44,265 bases of DNA, from the NCBI GenBank assembly GCA_037139375.1, contig JBAXGL010000001.1:1-44265 (forward strand). Direction: 5' to 3'. Numbering within the stretch: the stretch's first letter is position 1; each line of letters starts with the position of its first letter. Positions 37,918 through 44,265 of this stretch are shown piece by piece. The notes below the pieces were generated by a model that worked only from the letters and a program-made list of their open reading frames with translations, ran no database searches and had not been told where the DNA came from. Source of the DNA: Bacteroidales bacterium (GTDB lineage: Bacteria; Bacteroidota; Bacteroidia; Bacteroidales; UBA7332). Both the position numbers and the translations under genes were made by a program.

Positions 37918-39948
37918 ATGAGAATCCATCTTTTATTATTTCTTTCAATATTTTTCACTTCTGTTTTTGGGCAAACAAGAGAATCCATCTTATTAAACAA
38001 TAATTGGAACTTGGTTTACGGATTTGAAGTATCTACCACAGCAGGAAAACTCGTGCAGCTACCCCACACATGGAATTCCGACGACGCACTTACTGGAAAT
38101 AAGGCCTATTATAGGGGGCAAGCCAGTTATCAGAAAAAAATGGTTTTTGATAAAAAATGGGAAGAAAAACGGCTATTTTTGAAATTTGATGGTGTCAATA
38201 CCATTGCCAATCTTTTCATAAATGGAAAACATGTTGGTGAGCATCGTGGTGGATATTCGGCTTTTGTATTTGAAATTACGGATAAGGTGAAATTCGGCGA
38301 AGAAAACTCTATTCAAGTCAGGGTGAGCAATGCGCTCCAATTGGATGTGATGCCGCTGGTGGGCGATTTTGTGTTTTATGGTGGAATTTACAGGGATGTC
38401 AATCTGATTGTCACCGACAAATCCTGTATTTCACTACAAGATTATGCTTCGTCGGGGGTTTATTTAGAACAAAAAAAGGTGACAAAGGAATTGGCAGAAG
38501 TAAATGCCAAAGTTCTGGTAAATAATGGAAATAACGCTTCCGAAAACTACATTGTGAAACTAGAAGTGTTGGATGGCTCGAAAACCATTATTTCCCAACA
38601 AGCAACAATTAACCTTTCGCCCAACACTACAGCCCCAGTAACTTTACCAATAATCCTCAACAAACCTCACCTTTGGAATGGGCGAAAAGACCCATTTATG
38701 TACAAAACTGTGGTAACATTATTGCAAAACGGCAAACTGAAAGATATTATTGAACAACCCTTGGGACTAAGGTTTTACAGGGTAGATGCCAACAAAGGTT
38801 TTTTCTTAAATGGCGAGCATTTGCAGCTGCGTGGCGTTTGTCGCCATCAGGACTATGCCGAAAAAGGGAACGCACTTTTGCCGCAAGACCACGAAAATGA
38901 TATTGCAATTATGAAAGAAATAGGTGCCAATGCTATTCGACTTTCGCATTATCCACAAGCACCCTATTTCTATGATTTGCTGGATAAAAATGGATTCGTT
39001 ACTTGGTCTGAAATACCTTTCGTAGGACCAGGTGGATACCGCGACCAAGGTTATGTAAACCAACTTAGGTTTAGAGAAAATGGCACGCAACAACTCATAG
39101 AAATGATTCGTCAAAATTACAACCGCCCCGGAATTTGCTTTTGGGGATTGTTCAACGAATTAAAAATTGATGAAGAAAATCCTGTTGACTACATAAAAGA
39201 ACTAAATGCCTTAGCAAAAGCTGAAGATCCCACAAGGTTAACCACCGCAGCCAGTTGTTTCGACGACATAGACATCAACGAGGTAACAGATTTGATAGCT
39301 TGGAACAAGTATTTTGGGTGGTATGGTGGCGAGCCAAAACAGATTGGTGTATGGAGCGACGTAACGCATGCAAAACATCCGAACTCCAAAATAGCCATCA
39401 GCGAATATGGTGCTGGCGCAAGCATTTTTCATCATCAGGATGAATTAATACCTTCTAAACCAGGTAGTTATTGGCATCCTGAAGCGTGGCAAGCCATTTA
39501 CCATGAAGAAAACTGGCAAGCCATAAATGCCCGTCGCTATATTTGGGGTTCATTTATTTGGAATTTGTTCGATTTTGCAGCTGCGCACCGCACCGAAGGC
39601 GACCGCACAGGACGCAACGATAAAGGCTTAGTGACCTTCGACCGCGCTACCAAAAAAGACGCTTGGTGGTTTTACAAAGCCACATGGAACAAAGAAGAAC
39701 CAGTGCTTTACATTGCGAATCGTCGTTTTGTAAGCCGCACAAATGCTCTCACATTGGTAAAAGTTTATTCTAATTTGGAACAAGTAGAATTATTTGTAAA
39801 TGGTATTTCATTGGGCAAAAAAAAAGTGATAGACGCCATTGTACAATGGGATAATGTAAGGCTAGCAAAAGGAGAAAATAAAATTGCAGTAAAATCGGGT
39901 AAAGGCAAAACGGCACTTTCTGATGAATGTAGTTGGTTATTAGAATGA
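37918..39948 (+). CDS. GH2 beta-glucuronidase (B. fragilis GUS-like, mini-loop) with DUF4982-like C-terminus
   Basis: GVCRHQD, IRLSHYP, EIPFVGPGGY, WGLFNE, NKYFGWY, ISEYGAG and the GUS-diagnostic N-x-K-G motif (NDKGLVTFDR); signal peptide. Confidence 0.82.
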   Translation: MRIHLLLFLSIFFTSVFGQTRESILLNNNWNLVYGFEVSTTAGKLVQLPHTWNSDDALTGNKAYYRGQASYQKKMVFDKKWEEKRLFLKFDGVNTIANLFINGKHVGEHRGGYSAFVFEITDKVKFGEENSIQVRVSNALQLDVMPLVGDFVFYGGIYRDVNLIVTDKSCISLQDYASSGVYLEQKKVTKELAEVNAKVLVNNGNNASENYIVKLEVLDGSKTIISQQATINLSPNTTAPVTLPIILNKPHLWNGRKDPFMYKTVVTLLQNGKLKDIIEQPLGLRFYRVDANKGFFLNGEHLQLRGVCRHQDYAEKGNALLPQDHENDIAIMKEIGANAIRLSHYPQAPYFYDLLDKNGFVTWSEIPFVGPGGYRDQGYVNQLRFRENGTQQLIEMIRQNYNRPGICFWGLFNELKIDEENPVDYIKELNALAKAEDPTRLTTAASCFDDIDINEVTDLIAWNKYFGWYGGEPKQIGVWSDVTHAKHPNSKIAISEYGAGASIFHHQDELIPSKPGSYWHPEAWQAIYHEENWQAINARRYIWGSFIWNLFDFAAAHRTEGDRTGRNDKGLVTFDRATKKDAWWFYKATWNKEEPVLYIANRRFVSRTNALTLVKVYSNLEQVELFVNGISLGKKKVIDAIVQWDNVRLAKGENKIAVKSGKGKTALSDECSWLLE

Positions 39949-40012
39949 AATTGATTCCTTGAGATGATAACGAGCAATAATTAGTGATTTTCTTAAACGC
40001 CATCTATTTATT

Positions 40013-42493
40013 ATGAATTTAATATCGAATAAGTCTGTTTTGACTATTCTTCTCTTAATGATTTTATCAACAAATACATTTGAAGCACCCCTTCATCCAC
40101 GTCTTTTTTTCAACCAAATTGATTTAATTAATATGCGCGAAAGAGCTAATAACGCCGTCGGAAATGAAATGTTGAATTTACTCAAAACTCAATATGAAAC
40201 CGAATGCATCACACTCGATACGACCACTACTGGTAATAAATCGAGACTAGCTGCTATTGCAGGATTTCTCTATTTAATGACCCAAAACGAGCAATATGCC
40301 ATTCAATCGTATGAATTTACTCTTAAAACCATCACAGATAATAATGAACCTTGGGCTGCCATCTCTCTCAAGGGTTTAACTTCTTATTGGTCTGCTTACT
40401 GCATTTCTTTTGCGTATGATTGGTGTTACAATTCTCCAAATTGGTCAACAACACAAAAATCGTACGTGTCCACTAAATTGAAATCAATGGCCGATATGAT
40501 TGCTACGAATGGAGGAACGGAGCAAAATACAATGGCTGCGAGCAATTGGCAGGGAATACGTGGAGCATCGGCTATTTTAGCTTATCTAAGTGGTGATGTT
40601 GCTTACAGTGAAACTAATTATTCCACCATGAAATATAAACTTAACCAATATGTGCTTCAAAATTTTGGAGATTCAGTGCACAGTAGTGGTTGGAATATCG
40701 AAGGATTAGGTTATGAGTATTATCCAGTAGGAAATTTTATCGGCCCAGCTGGAATTGCGTTGGAACGTTTTAATAAACAAGATGGATTGAGAAAATATCC
40801 CTCATTTGTGAATAGTTTTTGGACGATATATTCAACGTTGTCTACTGGTATCGATTTATTAGGCTTTGGTGGATTAAGACCTGATTTTGGCGATGATAAT
40901 CCACATGTTTCAGGCGAAGGCGTTTTCGGTCAATCTTTTTATTATCTACCACCCGAAATGAAACCTGCTGCAAAATATTGGTACGACAAGGCGGTTGGTA
41001 ATGGTCGACAAACGATGAAATACGATGGGTATCGACTTGGCCTAATCTGGTCGTATTTGTATTATCCTTTTGAGATTATTTCAGAAAATCCTGCAAATGC
41101 TGATAGTTGGAAAACGTTGATGCAGGATTATTCAGGTGGTAATGGGTATTATACTTATCGCAACCAGTTCAAAGATGGTTCTGATGAAATCGCACAAATG
41201 TATGTAAAACAGCGTGGCGATAAAGGTCATGCAGGTCCCGATGCTCTATCGTTCAGAATATTAGGAACAAATTCTGCTTGGGCAATTGGTGGTGGACGGT
41301 ATGGGAAAATTGTTGCACCTATGAATCAAGAAGTCTACTGGCACTTGATGAATACTGTCTATCCGATTGAGCCTTTGGTGGGTAAGATTGGAAGTGTTGG
41401 TTGTATCACTTGTACCACAAATACCAACTCAGGAACAGTTGTAGGTGTACCTTATCAAAACGAAGATGGCTCAGGGCATATTATCTCCGAAATGGCTGCC
41501 AATAATGTGTGGACTATCGGACATAAGCGTTGGTTTGTGGCTGATTATGATTCGCTTAATACTGGTTGTCGTGCTTTTTATTTGATTGCCGATTCTACAG
41601 TGAATGGGAAATATTGGCAGATGGTGACAGCCGTCGAAAATACGGTAACGAATGATGCAAATTCATTCACCGTTACCTCGCCCAATGGTAGCAGCATGAA
41701 AGGAACTGTATTTATGGCTGGAGCAATTTCAATAAAAACTGGCACATCGGTTCGGGGATCAACTTATGGTTTGGCTGCCGATTCAAAATACATTACCATT
41801 CTTGGAACGACCAATAAATTTTTAGTCACACTTTCTGTTGTTGATGCTGGAAATACGCATCCCATACCAGCAATAGTAGCCGCTAGTAACATTAGCAACA
41901 CAAAAATTAATTTGTCAAACAAATCTTACCTATTTAAAAAAGATAATATTCTGTATAATAATACTCTTCCTTTGTTTTGGCCTCAAGCAGTATGGTCGAT
42001 TAGCCGATTTGCAGGAGTTGCACCATTGCAGGTCACTTTCGATGCTGCCAAATCTTATTCGCCTTCGAATAAGACAATCAATTTGGAGATTAATTCTGGT
42101 AACACTGCGTTAAGTTTAAATAAAACTTTAGCACACACTTATACCGAACCAGGAACCTACCTTGCATCTGTCAAAATAACCGATTCGGATAACAAAGTGG
42201 CAACACGTTTTGCTTATATCTTAGTTGGTGGTAGTGGTTCAACACAAACAGTAAATGAACTCCAATCACAGTTGTTTCGGTGGAGTTTTATCGATGGAAT
42301 TTTGCAATTAACGTTTGATGGAAATTCAGGACAAGGAACAATCACTTGCTACGATGTAAGAGGTCAAGTTCTTGTTTCGAAGGAAATTGATGACATTCAC
42401 CAGATCATCGATTTAAGGCCTTATCCAAGAGGTTTAAAAATCATAAAAGTGGTTTATAAGAATAGTATTAGAACATTTAAAATAATAAATTAA
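40013..42493 (+). CDS. Heparinase II/III-like polysaccharide lyase-fold protein with PKD domain and T9SS C-terminal sorting domain
   Basis: HPRLFF, FAYDWCY, SNWQG, GWNIEGLGYEYY, DFGDD, GHAGPDALSF; PKD (GVAPLQVTFDAAKS..HTYTEPGTYLASVKITDSD); CTD (YDVRGQVL..IDLRPYPRGLKIIKV..TFKIIN). Confidence 0.7.
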   Translation: MNLISNKSVLTILLLMILSTNTFEAPLHPRLFFNQIDLINMRERANNAVGNEMLNLLKTQYETECITLDTTTTGNKSRLAAIAGFLYLMTQNEQYAIQSYEFTLKTITDNNEPWAAISLKGLTSYWSAYCISFAYDWCYNSPNWSTTQKSYVSTKLKSMADMIATNGGTEQNTMAASNWQGIRGASAILAYLSGDVAYSETNYSTMKYKLNQYVLQNFGDSVHSSGWNIEGLGYEYYPVGNFIGPAGIALERFNKQDGLRKYPSFVNSFWTIYSTLSTGIDLLGFGGLRPDFGDDNPHVSGEGVFGQSFYYLPPEMKPAAKYWYDKAVGNGRQTMKYDGYRLGLIWSYLYYPFEIISENPANADSWKTLMQDYSGGNGYYTYRNQFKDGSDEIAQMYVKQRGDKGHAGPDALSFRILGTNSAWAIGGGRYGKIVAPMNQEVYWHLMNTVYPIEPLVGKIGSVGCITCTTNTNSGTVVGVPYQNEDGSGHIISEMAANNVWTIGHKRWFVADYDSLNTGCRAFYLIADSTVNGKYWQMVTAVENTVTNDANSFTVTSPNGSSMKGTVFMAGAISIKTGTSVRGSTYGLAADSKYITILGTTNKFLVTLSVVDAGNTHPIPAIVAASNISNTKINLSNKSYLFKKDNILYNNTLPLFWPQAVWSISRFAGVAPLQVTFDAAKSYSPSNKTINLEINSGNTALSLNKTLAHTYTEPGTYLASVKITDSDNKVATRFAYILVGGSGSTQTVNELQSQLFRWSFIDGILQLTFDGNSGQGTITCYDVRGQVLVSKEIDDIHQIIDLRPYPRGLKIIKVVYKNSIRTFKIIN

Positions 42494-42547
42494 ACATTCT
42501 ATCCGTGCAGATGCTGTGCTGTTAAAGTAATTATTACAGTGTGAATT

Positions 42548-44265
42548 ATGAAGAAACTTATTTTTGCTATTTTTATTCTAGTTGCCAATTTATCGATTGC
42601 GCAAGATTTAACAAAGTACGTCAACCCATTCATTGGCACAGGTGGAAACGGACATACTTTCCCAAATGCTTGTATACCTTTCGGTATGGTGCAAATGGGT
42701 CCTGTTACCAATAATTCTGGCTGGGACTACGTATCAGGTTATCATTATAGGGATAGTACTATAATGGGATTTTCGCATACTCGCCTTAGTGGAACAGGTA
42801 TAGGTGACTTGAGTGACTGGTTGTTCATGCCACGCATTGGAGAGTTTACCATCAACTGGGGAAGCAATGAGAAACTATTTCCAAGTTGGAGGTCCCGCTT
42901 TTCCCATGCCGACGAGGTCTCAAGTCCAGGTTATTATTCAGTCCTGCTAAATGATACCAAAATAAATGCCGAATTCACTGCTACTGAACATTGTGCTGTT
43001 CATCGATATACTTTTCCAGCCAGCGACAGTGCTCATATTATTATCGCTCCTAGTGTTTCAATGACTACCGCTGTGGGATGTATGGCTTCTATTCCTTGGT
43101 CATCGATGAAATGGGAAAACGATTCTACCATTTCTGGATTTCGCATTTCATTTGGATGGGTGCCGTTTCGCCGTGTGTACATAGTGGCTCGTTTTTCTAA
43201 GCCATTCTATACGTATCAACTTACGTCTAAGAACAAACCTAGTTGGAAAGAACGCCAAAGGGAATCAACTTTCCTTATTGGGTCAGTATATTTCAAAACT
43301 AAAGAGAATGAACAAATAACCGTGAATGTTGGTATATCGGCAGTTTCATTGGATAATGCAAGGGCTAATCTACAAGCAGAATTAACTGGTAAAAGTTTCG
43401 ACGAAGTGAGAAATTTGGCAGTTGCCTCATGGAACCAAGAATTGAACAAAATTCAAATTCAGGCTGATGACAAAACCAAACAGATATTCTATACCGCCAT
43501 GTATCATGCCTTTATTCAGCCGAATAACATTGCAGATGTAGATGGACGATACCGTGGTGCCGATTTTGAAATCACTACTTCCAAAACAGGGAAATACTAT
43601 TCCACCCTTTCACTGTGGGATACATTCCGCGCTGTGCATCCACTCTATTCTATCGTTCAACCTAAGGTAAACGCTGATATTATTCAAAGTATGATAACTC
43701 ATCAGCAGGTGGCAGGTATTTTACCTATATGGACGCTATGGGGTGCAGAGAATTATTGTATGATAGGCAATCCTGCCATTCCAGTAATAACCAATGCAAT
43801 AATGACAGACGCCAAAGGTTTCGATTATGAAGAAGCCTTCACCGCATTGAAAGCTACTTCAACCACAATTCACAAAGGTTCGGATTGGGATATTTATAAC
43901 AAGTATGGTTATCTGCCAAAAGGACTTGTGGGTGAGTCGGTTTCCAAAACTCTTGAAATATCGTTCGACGATTGGTGCGTAGCGCAAGTGGCAAAGAAAC
44001 TTGACAAAACTGCCGACTACGAATTTTTCCTAAAACGCTCTTTGGCTTATAAACAACTGTACAACTCACAATCAGGATTCTTCCAACCAAAAGACACAGC
44101 GGGTAATTGGGTTACACCTTTTAACCCCATTGATGCCCGATATTCCAATTCGTTTACAGAAGCCAATGCGTGGCAATACCGATGGTCTGTACAAGGTGAC
44201 ATTCCTTCGTTGGTAACTCTCACTGGCGGAAAAGTTATGTTTGGTGCTAAGTTAGATTCACTTTT
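42548..44265 (+). CDS. GH92 alpha-mannosidase (partial, runs off window; absent from ORF track)
   Basis: Manual translation from ATG 42548: MKKLIFAIFILVANLSIAQDLTKYVNPFIGTGGNGHTFPNACIPFGMVQMGP..GFSHTRLSGTG..SLWDTFRAVHPL..SVSKTLEISFDDW..FTEANAWQY. Confidence 0.93.
   Translation, partial: MKKLIFAIFILVANLSIAQDLTKYVNPFIGTGGNGHTFPNACIPFGMVQMGPVTNNSGWDYVSGYHYRDSTIMGFSHTRLSGTGIGDLSDWLFMPRIGEFTINWGSNEKLFPSWRSRFSHADEVSSPGYYSVLLNDTKINAEFTATEHCAVHRYTFPASDSAHIIIAPSVSMTTAVGCMASIPWSSMKWENDSTISGFRISFGWVPFRRVYIVARFSKPFYTYQLTSKNKPSWKERQRESTFLIGSVYFKTKENEQITVNVGISAVSLDNARANLQAELTGKSFDEVRNLAVASWNQELNKIQIQADDKTKQIFYTAMYHAFIQPNNIADVDGRYRGADFEITTSKTGKYYSTLSLWDTFRAVHPLYSIVQPKVNADIIQSMITHQQVAGILPIWTLWGAENYCMIGNPAIPVITNAIMTDAKGFDYEEAFTALKATSTTIHKGSDWDIYNKYGYLPKGLVGESVSKTLEISFDDWCVAQVAKKLDKTADYEFFLKRSLAYKQLYNSQSGFFQPKDTAGNWVTPFNPIDARYSNSFTEANAWQYRWSVQGDIPSLVTLTGGKVMFGAKLDSL

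Larger units (their letters stand above)
3214..44265 (+). other. Polysaccharide utilization locus (SusC/SusD plus about 18 CAZyme/accessory genes), open at right end
   Basis: Tandem susC-susD flanked by tightly packed, mostly co-oriented secreted GH, sulfatase and lyase-like genes. Confidence 0.93.

Noticed and set aside
1-44265. CRISPR arrays, IS elements, invertible promoters, tRNA/rRNA, defence systems
   Set aside because: No spaced direct repeats, transposase/recombinase ORFs or RNA-gene-sized structured gaps were seen; intergenic spaces are 245 bp or shorter.

Overview
Bacteroidota DNA, probably a Paludibacter-like Bacteroidales (inferred from the SusC/SusD pair, a T9SS cargo protein and a Ser-type sulfatase). 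The left 3 kb is a minus-strand L-arabinose catabolic unit: an NrtR/NUDIX-family araR, then araD and araA. Two clear AraR-type palindromic operators (GTGT-N7-ACAC) are present. Diverging from it is a polysaccharide utilization locus (PUL) of more than 41 kb that runs off the right edge. Its gene order is: GH42, GH92, GH164-like, GH2 beta-mannosidase, GH3, S1 sulfatase, SusC, SusD, a secreted GH52/DUF4965-like enzyme, a beta-helix protein, a mutarotase-fold protein, an antisense MBL hydrolase, GH42, GH3, an orphan lyase-like protein, an FAD oxidoreductase with an Xly/golvesin-like module, GH78, GH2 beta-glucuronidase, a T9SS-secreted heparinase II/III-like protein with a PKD domain, and a partial second GH92 absent from the ORF track. 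The most promising novelty is a possibly arabinose-sensed pathway for a Man/GlcA/Gal/Ara/Rha/Xyl heteroglycan that contains 5-6 uncharacterised enzyme candidates. All family calls come from motif recognition by eye; no database searches were run. No mobile elements, CRISPR arrays or RNA genes were seen.
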